DNA of 64,000 nucleotides from Bdellovibrionales bacterium (GTDB taxonomy: Bacteria; Bdellovibrionota; Bdellovibrionia; Bdellovibrionales; UBA1609): NCBI GenBank assembly GCA_965261545.1, contig CBDHDF010000006.1, forward strand, positions 1-64,000. Direction: 5' to 3'. Made by a program: the position numbers and the translations under genes. Below are positions 48,563 through 58,043 of this stretch, in pieces. The notes under the pieces were generated by a model. That model ran no database searches. It was not told the DNA's origin and was given only the letters and a program-made list of their open reading frames with translations. Each line of letters opens with the position of its first letter. The stretch's first letter is position 1.

Positions 48563-50212
48563 CTAAATCCAATAAGATTTCAAACCCCTTTCTCGGCCCG
48601 TAGCCTTAGCTTCTTCATAACCTGCATCAATATGCCGAAACAAACCCATGGCGGGATCCGTTGTGAGAACTCGTTGCAACCTAGCCTCAGCGCCACGTGT
48701 TCCATCGGCAACGATGACTTGCCCAGCATGAAGGCTGTAACCCATACCCACTCCTCCCCCATGATGAAAGCTCACCCATGTGGCTCCATTGGCAGCATTG
48801 GCAAGAGCATTGAGTATGGGCCAATCGGCCACGGCATCAGACCCATCTTTCATTGCCTCCGTCTCACGATAGGGAGAGGCCACGGAGCCACAATCGAGGT
48901 GATCTCGTCCAATGACGATGGGGGCTTGCACCTTACCTCGGGCCACAAGATCGTTGAAAACTTGGCCTGCCTCAGCTCGTTCTCCATACTCCAACCAACA
49001 AATCCGAGAGGGAAGTCCTTGAAAAGCTATTTTTTGCTGAGCCATATCAAGCCAGTGGAGAAGATGTTTTTTATGAGGAAACAGTTCCCTCATAGCTTGA
49101 TCTGTCACTTCAATGTCTCTGGGGTCTCCAGAGAGGGCCACCCACCTAAAAGGGCCACTTCCCTTGCAGAAAAGAGGACGTATAAATTCGGGCACAAAGC
49201 CAGGAATATCAAAAGCATTTTGAACTCCCACCTCTTTCGCCATCGCTCGAATGTTATTACCATAGTCAAATGTTATGGCTCCCCTTTTTTGAAACTCCAA
49301 CATACCACAAACATGGTGAGCGATGCTCTCCTTTGATTTCTGAATATAAAGCTCTTTTTGGGAGTCTCTAAAGCGAGGGGCTTCTTTGATATCCATGCCT
49401 TCAGGGATATAGCCCATGAGGGGATCGTGGGCCGAAGTTTGGTCTGTGACAATATCTGCCTTAAAATTCCTCCTAAGGAGTTCATGAATAACTGTAGTCA
49501 TATTTCCACAAAGGGCAATGGACCTTGCCTCTTTGCAAGAACGATATTTTTCCACCCGATGCATAGCATCGTCGATGCCTTGGGCCACTTCGTCCACATA
49601 TTTTGTATCCAAACGCCTTTGAATACGGTGAGGGTCCACTTCCACAGTGAGAACCACAGCTCCCGCAAAAACACCAGCCAAGGGTTGGGCTCCCCCCATT
49701 CCCCCAAGACCCGCCGTGAGAATCACACGGCCCTTGAGATCTCCCTTAAAATACTTGCGACCTAACTCCACAAAGGTTTCATAGGTCCCCTGAATAATGC
49801 CTTGAGTGCCAATGTAAATCCACGATCCCGCTGTCATTTGGCCATACATCATAAGGCCCTTTTTATCGAGTTCATCAAAGACCTCCCAGTGAGCCCAGTG
49901 TGGCACCAGGTTGGAGTTAGCTATAAGAACTCGGGGGGCATCTGGGTGAGAGTGAATGGCACCTATGGGCTTTCCCGACTGAACAAGAAGTGTTTCATCA
50001 TTTTCAAGATCCTTGAGGGCTTGTAAAATGCGTTGAAAACAATCCCAATTACGGGCGGCTTTGCCTCTCCCTCCATACACAATGAGCTCATCGGGAACCT
50101 CAGCCACCTCAGGGCTGACATTGTGCTGAATCATGCGATAGGCGGCTTCTTGCAACCAACCTTTACAGGTTAAACGAGTTCCCGTAGGAGGGTAAATATT
50201 CTTTTTCGCCAT
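48563..50212 (-). CDS. hutU: Urocanate hydratase
   Basis: [37 protein letters not shown] 50212. Confidence 0.98.
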   Translation of the reverse strand: MAKKNIYPPTGTRLTCKGWLQEAAYRMIQHNVSPEVAEVPDELIVYGGRGKAARNWDCFQRILQALKDLENDETLLVQSGKPIGAIHSHPDAPRVLIANSNLVPHWAHWEVFDELDKKGLMMYGQMTAGSWIYIGTQGIIQGTYETFVELGRKYFKGDLKGRVILTAGLGGMGGAQPLAGVFAGAVVLTVEVDPHRIQRRLDTKYVDEVAQGIDDAMHRVEKYRSCKEARSIALCGNMTTVIHELLRRNFKADIVTDQTSAHDPLMGYIPEGMDIKEAPRFRDSQKELYIQKSKESIAHHVCGMLEFQKRGAITFDYGNNIRAMAKEVGVQNAFDIPGFVPEFIRPLFCKGSGPFRWVALSGDPRDIEVTDQAMRELFPHKKHLLHWLDMAQQKIAFQGLPSRICWLEYGERAEAGQVFNDLVARGKVQAPIVIGRDHLDCGSVASPYRETEAMKDGSDAVADWPILNALANAANGATWVSFHHGGGVGMGYSLHAGQVIVADGTRGAEARLQRVLTTDPAMGLFRHIDAGYEEAKATGRERGLKSYWI

Positions 50213-50357
50213 AGAACTCAAATATAAGAATTCATAAAGAAAGACAAGTCCCCAAGCCAAATTGGTGAAGGCTTCACAGCTTGGCTCTTTCGGGGACTAA
50301 TAAGACACATTTTTCTCTGATTTCGAAATGATTTAAATAATTTTACCGATTTTATCT

Positions 50358-50630
50358 TTATCGAAGTAAATTCTTGAAATCAGATCCTGGACGGAACTTA
50401 GGGTGCCAAGCCGCAGGAATTTTAATGACTTTTCCTGTGTGGGGATTGCGACCCATACGAGCTTTGCGTTTTGTTTTGGTAAAAGTGCCAAAACCAACAA
50501 GCTTCACCTCGTCTCCTTTCTTTACTGATTTACGAATGATCTCGAGAGTACTATCAAGCATTCTCTCTGTCTGAGCCTTTGTGCAATCAGTGTTCTTAGC
50601 GATCCGTTCGATAAGTTGCGCTTTATTCAT
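50358..50630 (-). CDS. hup: HU family DNA-binding protein
   Basis: MNKAQLI...VGFGTF...GRNPHTG...PKFRPG. Confidence 0.97.
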   Translation of the reverse strand: MNKAQLIERIAKNTDCTKAQTERMLDSTLEIIRKSVKKGDEVKLVGFGTFTKTKRKARMGRNPHTGKVIKIPAAWHPKFRPGSDFKNLLR

Positions 50631-50786
50631 TCCTGACCTCCCATGGTGGTTAAAATTAAGCCGTCAATGGCCTTAAACCAATTGAACCTGCTCCAGGTCT
50701 CGCAGTCAAAATAATTTTATCAATATTTAGACAATGGTCCAGGCGCGCTTTCACACAACAGTATGGCTTTCACCAAGGAGCACCCC

Positions 50787-52274
50787 CTACAAAGTGAAGC
50801 GCATGGATTTTAAGAGGAGGCCAGGGCAGCGATAGGCCCCCACGGATCGGTTGCCATAGGACCCTGTGTGAGGGAGAGTGACCACCTTTTTCGTGAGATC
50901 TTCAAGTTCAGAGCCCAGTATCCGAAATAGGGTGTCGTCCCAACGCATATGTTCCATGGGTTCTTGAAGCCGCCCCTTCTCCACCCAAAAGCATGCGTAA
51001 CGGGTCATTCCCGTCACTCTTCCCTTCGCTTGGTCACTCCAGTTGAGATAATGCAAATTGGAGATGTAAATCCCACAGTCCAGCCGTGGAAGGATATTTG
51101 AATCGGCCAAATTCCCCGGCCCCATGAGAGGGGCGCGCACTGATTCACTGGAGGAAGCACGATTTGCCATCAAACCATACTCCCTCGCTGTTCGATGGTT
51201 AATCAATGTGGACTTGAGTTGCCCTCCCTCAATGAGAGTTGTCTTATTGGGCAATATGTCTCCATCATTGGTAAAGCGTGGTGAGTCTCCCTGGGAAAAA
51301 TCATCGCTTATAGAAAGTTGCGGAGAAAGCTTGTGCTCTCCAAGTCGCAGGAGGCGCAGCGGAGAGTCCCCTTGTCGAATCCGAAGCTCACTAAAAATGC
51401 TTGAACTCCCCAAAAGCAGATTCAAGAGTTCCCCCACGGCAGCGGGAGCGAGGTAAACCCTATATTCCCCAGGCTGTACGGAGCGAGGAAAAGCGGCTAA
51501 CACCTCCATTTGCCGACGGCTTTTTTTCAACTCTTTAGTCCATTGTTCTTGATTCCAGGTGGCTCCCCCCAAAAAACCTTTGCAGGCTCGTTCATTGGGA
51601 CCGTAGAGGGAGTAATCCAAAAGAAAACTATCGGATTCAAACCAGTGAAAGGCTCCCTTTGAAGTGGCATTTCCACGCTTCAATGACCCTGATGTGTAAA
51701 GGCCCACAAGGTCAAGCTCTGTCTCAAGCAGGGCCTCAGGCACTTGGTTCATCTCTAGCAGCTTTCCCCGGTGAAGACTTTCACTGGTGTGAGTGGAGGA
51801 GGGAAGGGATGCAAAAGGATCCACAGACAAGGTGGGAGCTTCCTCTTGAAGTTTTCCCAACAATTGTGTGCCCCACTCTTGGTCCCTAAAGAGATCGTGG
51901 GTGAGTGTATGGGATTTTTGAGCCCTTCGCACTTGGCTGTAGCCCGTACTTAGATTTGTGTTTGGATTTTGGTTTGGTTTTTTTAAATTCTGGCTTTGAC
52001 TTTGGTTTGGATCCTGGCTTTTTGGGTCCACAATGAGATTCACAGTCAATAGTGTTAATGAAGCTTTGTGGTCGAGAACCCATCCACTTTGTCGAATCTT
52101 TGCTCCGTTCAAACGACAATAATGGGTGGATTCCCCTTTCAAGTCGACAATAAGATATTCGCCCTCTTTCAGTTGTGAAAAAAGATGTTGAGCGTAGGCA
52201 AAGAAATAATCTCTATCCACAACATCATCGGGCCTTGATTTTTTTTTCTTCCCATTTTCTGTTTTACATAGCAT
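50787..52274 (-). CDS. TldE/PmbA family protein
   Basis: YRVYLAPAAV, ISNLHYLNWSD, TGMTRYACFWVE; partner of the adjacent TldD. Confidence 0.88.
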   Translation of the reverse strand: MLCKTENGKKKKSRPDDVVDRDYFFAYAQHLFSQLKEGEYLIVDLKGESTHYCRLNGAKIRQSGWVLDHKASLTLLTVNLIVDPKSQDPNQSQSQNLKKPNQNPNTNLSTGYSQVRRAQKSHTLTHDLFRDQEWGTQLLGKLQEEAPTLSVDPFASLPSSTHTSESLHRGKLLEMNQVPEALLETELDLVGLYTSGSLKRGNATSKGAFHWFESDSFLLDYSLYGPNERACKGFLGGATWNQEQWTKELKKSRRQMEVLAAFPRSVQPGEYRVYLAPAAVGELLNLLLGSSSIFSELRIRQGDSPLRLLRLGEHKLSPQLSISDDFSQGDSPRFTNDGDILPNKTTLIEGGQLKSTLINHRTAREYGLMANRASSSESVRAPLMGPGNLADSNILPRLDCGIYISNLHYLNWSDQAKGRVTGMTRYACFWVEKGRLQEPMEHMRWDDTLFRILGSELEDLTKKVVTLPHTGSYGNRSVGAYRCPGLLLKSMRFTL

Positions 52275-52302
52275 TTGGTTTTTCCTCTACATCAGCACTA
52301 CT

Positions 52303-53739
52303 TTATGATTTGGCTCCCCCAAAAACTTCCACATGGGAAAACAAACAAACAGGTGAGGAGTGTCCTACCCGTATGGCTTGATTGGGTTCCCCCTTGCCAC
52401 AGTAGGGAGTTCCATAGGAGCCTTGGGTGTGAGAGTTTCCCACCATTTTAAGATTCTTCCAGAAGGGAAGGGTCACGCCCCGGTAGTTCGGATTGCGAAG
52501 GGTTTTGGTCACCTTTCCTCTTTCAATGAGCTTGCCATACTCACAACCAAACTGAAACTTGCGTCTCAAATCATCAATGGACCAAGAGCGGTTGGCCTCC
52601 ATGAGTACACCCAACTCCACAGACTTAATGATCTCTTCCATGGAGCTTTCGCCTGGCTCCAAATTGATATTGGCCATACGGTCAATGGGGGGGCGGTTCC
52701 AGAGGCAAGCCCTGGAGTTGGCCACTCCAGAAACCCCAGACCGAACTTGGCTCTCTAAACCACCCAGGCCCCGCAATAAAACACCCTCTTTGATGAGAAA
52801 CTCTTTTTGGGCTGGCTGACCGCTGTCATCAAAGCCATAGGAAGCATATTGCTGGGGCACACTGGGATCAAAGCAAATATTCATAAGGGGGGGGCCGTAA
52901 ACAAGGGAACCAAAATCGTCGAGCTTTACAAAACTTGAGCCTGCGTAATTGCGCTCATCACCCAAAATGCGATCCAGTTCTAGGGGGTGACCAATGCTTT
53001 CGTGAATTTGTAACATCATTTGGTCGGGCATAGCCACAAGGTCCATGGTGCCTGAAGGACATTCCTCAGCAGAGAGAAGTTCCACGGCCTGCTCACCAAT
53101 GGCTTCAAGTCGCCCCTCTTCCAACATGGAATCTATGCACTCCAAGCCCCCCTGCAAGCTATGAGGCAAAAAACCACCACTGGAGCGAGATTGGACTACC
53201 ACTCCCTCCATAGCTGTGGCCTTAAAGCCTGTAGAGGTAAAAGCGAAATTTTGCTCCACATCCAAACCATTGCTTCCAACAAGGCGATGCTGTGACTCCA
53301 CCATGTGAATCATGCTCACCGTACGGTGAATGCGAGGTGACACTTTCATGCGCTCGCAGGAGTTTGCAAGAAATTCGTTCAACTCCCTGGGGCTGTGTTG
53401 GCCATGGGGTTTAAGGGACATCGATTTGTAGCTGCCCTTAGAGGGGGGACGCTGCTTCCCTGTGAATCTGTAAGTCCCGTGGCGGGCAGAAACCTCTGCG
53501 ATTCTTAAAGCGGTATCTAGGGCTTCTTGAAGACCCTCTGTGGAGGGGTTTCCTGTGGCGGCATAGGCAATAAAACCATCCTTGAGAACCTCCACCATGG
53601 TGCCACGGCTCAGGCTTTCTTCATGGGTGCTGGGCCATCCGTCTCGGACAACATATTGGGTAGTTTTTTCAGAAACCTCTCTCAAGCCCACCCAATCGGC
53701 TCCGCGAAGAGAAAGAGAGTTGAAGACTTCTGGTAGCAT
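52303..53739 (-). CDS. tldD: TldD family metalloprotease
   Basis: HESIGH zinc motif, RMAN, CGKGEP. Confidence 0.92.
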   Translation of the reverse strand: MLPEVFNSLSLRGADWVGLREVSEKTTQYVVRDGWPSTHEESLSRGTMVEVLKDGFIAYAATGNPSTEGLQEALDTALRIAEVSARHGTYRFTGKQRPPSKGSYKSMSLKPHGQHSPRELNEFLANSCERMKVSPRIHRTVSMIHMVESQHRLVGSNGLDVEQNFAFTSTGFKATAMEGVVVQSRSSGGFLPHSLQGGLECIDSMLEEGRLEAIGEQAVELLSAEECPSGTMDLVAMPDQMMLQIHESIGHPLELDRILGDERNYAGSSFVKLDDFGSLVYGPPLMNICFDPSVPQQYASYGFDDSGQPAQKEFLIKEGVLLRGLGGLESQVRSGVSGVANSRACLWNRPPIDRMANINLEPGESSMEEIIKSVELGVLMEANRSWSIDDLRRKFQFGCEYGKLIERGKVTKTLRNPNYRGVTLPFWKNLKMVGNSHTQGSYGTPYCGKGEPNQAIRVGHSSPVCLFSHVEVFGGAKS

Positions 53740-53806
53740 AGCCCCCCTTACTTATAGGTATATTATGATACAGGCATACCCTACGATCCGTCGAAGTTGA
53801 AGCATT

Positions 53807-55168
53807 TTATTGAGAAAAATCAACGGCGGTGAAACCGCCGTTGATTTCATTAAAATTAGTGAGTTGCCCACGGTATATTCGAGCGATGCTCAATTGAATG
53901 GAGTCTTTATAGGCATAAAACCTTAAATCATATTTCCAGGGTAATTTTTTTCCCAGTGCCCCCCCCCCTCTATCACCACCGCCACTACTACCGCGGCCAC
54001 TCCCATTGTCGCCCCTACCCCTACCTCCGCGACCATTCCCATCACGGGGGCATGGCAAGTGAATTTGGGCAGGAGGGATCAATTCTTGGACAAGAAAATT
54101 TTCCTTGAGACTTCGTTCAAAGTTTTTCTTTGTAATATTTTTTCCGCGGTAAACAGAGCGACTTCCATAATTATTTTTTGGTTTGAAAAACAATGTTTTT
54201 CTTTTTTCCCACAGCTCTTGGGGATTCTTAAAAGAGTGGGTGTCTCGACACTCAATGAGGGTCTGCTGTAAAATCTTTTGAGCCTCTCCCTTAAATGGTT
54301 CTTGCTTAAGTTGTTCTTGAAAACTTGGGGCTACCCAGTCAATAAGTCTTTGTTTATCTGCAAATAGAATATAATCCCGCGGCTGAGGGCTGAAAATGAC
54401 CTTCCCACTCCTATAGGCCATGGAGAGGTGCCTTGAAGCTTCTTCACCTAAGTAAAAATCACAGTAACGATTGTAAATAAAACGAACAGGCTGATCTCTT
54501 CGAAGGAGTTGATAACCATCCCATTTTAACTCTCGAAAATCATAGATATCAGCATCTAAGCCCCAAGATTGAAACCACTCTTTGTACATTATAAATTCGA
54601 GATACATCTTTTGAATGGGGGGCTCCTTATCTATGATAGAGATATGCTGGCATGGGTTCACCACCGCCATTTCTTCAAAAAAAGAGTTTCGCAAAAAGGG
54701 AAGGGAGGTCTCCAAACCATGTGCCCTTCGACACAAGTCTGCCAACAAGAAGCCTGATCCATTGGTGTTAATTTCGATGAGTTTAAGCTTGTCATCGTAG
54801 AGATGAAAATCATAGGTCATCAAAACAGAGTGGTTTTGGTTTTGAATTTGGGGAGGACAAAATTTTCCTAGGGCTTTATAAAGTGCCCTATGGCAAAAAG
54901 CTTCCTGTGGCGAATCGCTAGAGATTTTCTGGGTGGAAGTGGTGGGTGTGCCCCTAGAGCAAAGCTGGCCAAGCTGTTGTTGACCTTGACCTATTTCATA
55001 AATGGTTTTAACAATGGCTTGGGCTTGCTGAAAAACGTCTTGGGGAAGGCTTAAAACAAAGGGGCTTACTAAACGAGTCAGCTTATCAAGGGGAAGATGA
55101 TGAGACGCCTCAGGAAACTCTGAGGCCATTAACTCTTGATAACGTCTATAAAAATCTTCTGAATTCAT
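53807..55168 (-). CDS. Uncharacterised ATP-grasp amidoligase (circularly permuted/GSP-synthase-like)
   Basis: YDFHL...KLIEINTN, IYNRY, FFKPKNNYGSRSVYRG, VQELIP, KYDLRFY. Confidence 0.7.
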   Translation of the reverse strand: MNSEDFYRRYQELMASEFPEASHHLPLDKLTRLVSPFVLSLPQDVFQQAQAIVKTIYEIGQGQQQLGQLCSRGTPTTSTQKISSDSPQEAFCHRALYKALGKFCPPQIQNQNHSVLMTYDFHLYDDKLKLIEINTNGSGFLLADLCRRAHGLETSLPFLRNSFFEEMAVVNPCQHISIIDKEPPIQKMYLEFIMYKEWFQSWGLDADIYDFRELKWDGYQLLRRDQPVRFIYNRYCDFYLGEEASRHLSMAYRSGKVIFSPQPRDYILFADKQRLIDWVAPSFQEQLKQEPFKGEAQKILQQTLIECRDTHSFKNPQELWEKRKTLFFKPKNNYGSRSVYRGKNITKKNFERSLKENFLVQELIPPAQIHLPCPRDGNGRGGRGRGDNGSGRGSSGGGDRGGGALGKKLPWKYDLRFYAYKDSIQLSIARIYRGQLTNFNEINGGFTAVDFSQ

Positions 55169-55219
55169 ACTCTTAAACTTATACTGGGGAGCGAAATCTC
55201 CCCCCAGTAGGAAATATTT

Positions 55220-55771
55220 TTATCCGATCCTTAAGTGCTTATCCCCAGGCTTCCAGCCCGCAGAACACAATTCACCCGATTTAAGACCTGTAAGCACTCG
55301 CAAAATCTCTCTGGAATCACGGCCTACATTTAAATTGTGAATTCCCATGTATTGCACAACTCCCTCCGGGTCGATAATGAAAGTCCCACGGGTTGCAATG
55401 CCTTCTTCTTGAAGCAAAACACCGTAATCGCGAGAAAGTTGCTTGGTCACATCACCGAGCAGTGGATAGCCCAACTCTCCTAAATCGTCTTTGATCCAAC
55501 GCTTATGGGCATGCACAGAATCAACGGAGACGCCAAGAACCTCAGCTCCCTGCTCCTTGAATTCGGGCAGCGTGTCACGAAACTGAGTAATTTCTGTGGG
55601 ACACACAAAGGTAAAATCTAAGGGATAGAAGAACATGACAACCCATCGACTTTTAAAATCAGAGAGGCTAATATCTTTGAAATCTCCTCCATCAACAACA
55701 GCTTGGCATGTGAATGAAGGTGCTGGCTTACCAATCATAGGCATTTTTATAACTCCTTTCTTTTCTGACAT
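55220..55771 (-). CDS. ahpC: 2-Cys peroxiredoxin (AhpC/Prx1)
   Basis: FYPLDFTFVCPTE, RGTFIIDP, ELCSAGWKPG. Confidence 0.95.
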   Translation of the reverse strand: MSEKKGVIKMPMIGKPAPSFTCQAVVDGGDFKDISLSDFKSRWVVMFFYPLDFTFVCPTEITQFRDTLPEFKEQGAEVLGVSVDSVHAHKRWIKDDLGELGYPLLGDVTKQLSRDYGVLLQEEGIATRGTFIIDPEGVVQYMGIHNLNVGRDSREILRVLTGLKSGELCSAGWKPGDKHLRIG

Positions 55772-55990
55772 GGTTACTCATTATATGTCTTTCAGTTCAG
55801 TTCATCAGTGATTTGGTTTTAAGACCCCTAACCACATACAATATTAGACCACGAAATAGAGCCTCCCATAGAACAGAGAAGTGGACAAGGGGCCCATGGT
55901 CATAAAAATGTCAGGACGCAATTGGGTCTGGGTCAAAATTATTGACACCAGACGCACCATTCCGAAACACATCTCTAGTGTTGCCATTAC

Positions 55991-56018
55991 AGAGATTCTT
56001 CTTAAGGAAACGGCATTG
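55991..56018 (-). mobile_element. Solitary left end of IS4-B (remnant)
   Basis: Reverse complement CAATGCCGTTTCCTTAAGAAGAATCTCT matches the ends at 61272 and 62132 at 27/28 positions. Confidence 0.85.
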
Positions 56019-56072
56019 CCCCATGAAGGTTACGAAATAAGTATAATTGTGTAGCGTAAGCTGCCTATTCCC

Positions 56073-57707
56073 TCAAAAAGCAGAGAGACCAGTAGAGCTA
56101 CGAATCAAGTTCATAACCTCCATGGGTTGAGTCGAAGAAAGGGACAATCGCCACTTGACCGCTCCATCTCCTAGCTGACCACGAAATCGAGACGGATTAC
56201 CAGCTTCAAGCTCTTGACCTGTCAATGTTTGAGCACTCCCAGCCGGCAACCTGATGTGCACCGCTTCTGCACCCGGTTGACCTAAATCATCAATTCCCGT
56301 GATTTTCACATTTATGGCACTTAAGCCAGGGTTGATCAGGCGCAATTGGCTCGAAAAAGAAGTATTACCTCCAGACTGAAAAGCATCAATGGACACACGC
56401 TGCCCCCGATGAGATTTGTAAAAGCTTTGTAGAGAAAAAACAGAGTCATCACTTTTCTTTCTATTACGAATATAGGCTAAAGCTTTGATCTTAAGTGTTG
56501 TTTCTAGTTCCAAACGCCAACTACCTTGACCCTGACTTCCCACACCTCCGGAGAGACCTTTACTAGAGTTTCCCTGCTCTAAATCCGTGGTATTAAAGTA
56601 AATAGTTCGACCGGCCGGCAAATTCAAAGAGGCAGGACCAAAACGTGTTCCTCGGTCGTCAATGGCATAAATCTTTACACTCCCAGAATGGCCTGAAAGA
56701 TTGATGATTCTTGCAACGCTTTGAACTCGAACTCCAGCCACCAAAGAACCTGAACTGGCCTGCGAAGCAAAAAAAGGAAGAGTATAAAGTGAAGTCCCTC
56801 CTCGTGTCATTTTTTTCGTTAAACCAAAGAAATTAGAGAGACCAGTAGAGCTACGAATCAAGTTCATAACCTCCATGGGTTGAGTCGAAGAAAGGGACAA
56901 TCGCCACTTGACCGCTCCATCTCCTAGCTGACCACGAAATCGAGACGGATTACCAGCTTCAAGCTCTTGACCTGTCAATGTTTGAGCACTCCCAGCCGGC
57001 AACCTGATGTGCACCGCTTCTGCACCCGGTTGACCTAAATCATCAATTCCCGTGATTTTCACATTTATGGCACTTAAGCCAGGGTTGATCAGGCGCAATT
57101 GGCTCGAAAAAGAAGTATTACCTCCAGACTGAAAAGCATCAATGGACACACGCTGCCCCCGATGAGATTTGTAAAAGCTTTGTAGAGAAAAAACAGAGTC
57201 ATCACTTTTCTTTCTATTACGAATATAGGCTAAAGCTTTGATCTTAAGTGTTGTTTCTAGTTCCAAACGCCAACTACCTTGACCCTGACTTCCCACACCT
57301 CCGGAGAGACCTTTACTAGAGTTTCCCTGCTCTAAATCCGTGGTATTAAAGTAAATAGTTCGACCGGCCGGCAAATTCAAAGAGGCAGGACCAAAACGTG
57401 TTCCTCGGTCGTCAATGGCATAAATCTTTACACTCCCAGAATGGCCTGAAAGATTGATGATTCTTGCAACGCTTTGAACTCGAACTCCAGCCACCAAAGA
57501 ACCTGAACTGGCCTGCGAAGCAAAAAAAGGGAGTGAAGTTTTCGTAGGTGTAGGTGGAGGTGGAGGTGGAGGTGGTTTACTAAAACTAGAACCTGTCGTA
57601 TCGTCAGAACTCTTGCTACAATTTTGATAAGTACCTACTAAAATACCTAGGATAAGAAAAGCAAGTAAGTTCCTCAAAATACTCTTTTTATTATACTTCA
57701 TATTCAT
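56073..57707 (-). CDS. Lipoprotein with poly-Pro linker and exact internal duplication
   Basis: YQNC signal, poly-Pro run, two identical 232-aa blocks. Confidence 0.88.
   Translation of the reverse strand: MNMKYNKKSILRNLLAFLILGILVGTYQNCSKSSDDTTGSSFSKPPPPPPPPTPTKTSLPFFASQASSGSLVAGVRVQSVARIINLSGHSGSVKIYAIDDRGTRFGPASLNLPAGRTIYFNTTDLEQGNSSKGLSGGVGSQGQGSWRLELETTLKIKALAYIRNRKKSDDSVFSLQSFYKSHRGQRVSIDAFQSGGNTSFSSQLRLINPGLSAINVKITGIDDLGQPGAEAVHIRLPAGSAQTLTGQELEAGNPSRFRGQLGDGAVKWRLSLSSTQPMEVMNLIRSSTGLSNFFGLTKKMTRGGTSLYTLPFFASQASSGSLVAGVRVQSVARIINLSGHSGSVKIYAIDDRGTRFGPASLNLPAGRTIYFNTTDLEQGNSSKGLSGGVGSQGQGSWRLELETTLKIKALAYIRNRKKSDDSVFSLQSFYKSHRGQRVSIDAFQSGGNTSFSSQLRLINPGLSAINVKITGIDDLGQPGAEAVHIRLPAGSAQTLTGQELEAGNPSRFRGQLGDGAVKWRLSLSSTQPMEVMNLIRSSTGLSAF
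56082..57530. repeat. 696-bp direct repeat (56082-56777 and 56835-57530)
   Basis: Offset 753 bp; no differences seen by eye; translations identical. Confidence 0.93.
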
Positions 57708-58043
57708 ATAATTTATATCTCCACACAAAACATTTCTTCATTCGTGTCACGAGCGGATCAAAAGATATCTCATCACAATACATATATCGTCACATAATAA
57801 TAAAAAGTTAAGCAAAAAATTGAAGATAATCCAATACGTACGAACTTAAGGTGAATTGCCTCCAAATTATTGACACCAAGAGATCTCGCTGCGCTTCTCA
57901 TCTTGACCAATCCTTAATAACAATTTACTAGGGGCTAATGGCAATGGCATTCGTTTAGTGAGAGATCCCATTCGGTTAAGGATTTGAACCTCTAACTCCT
58001 CGGGGGTGGGCTAACCCCAAGTTTTTTTCTTTGATCCATGTGA

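Noticed and set aside
56082..57530. Diversity-generating retroelement TR/VR pair
   Set aside because: Copies look identical (no adenine-specific changes), both are coding, and no reverse transcriptase is in the window
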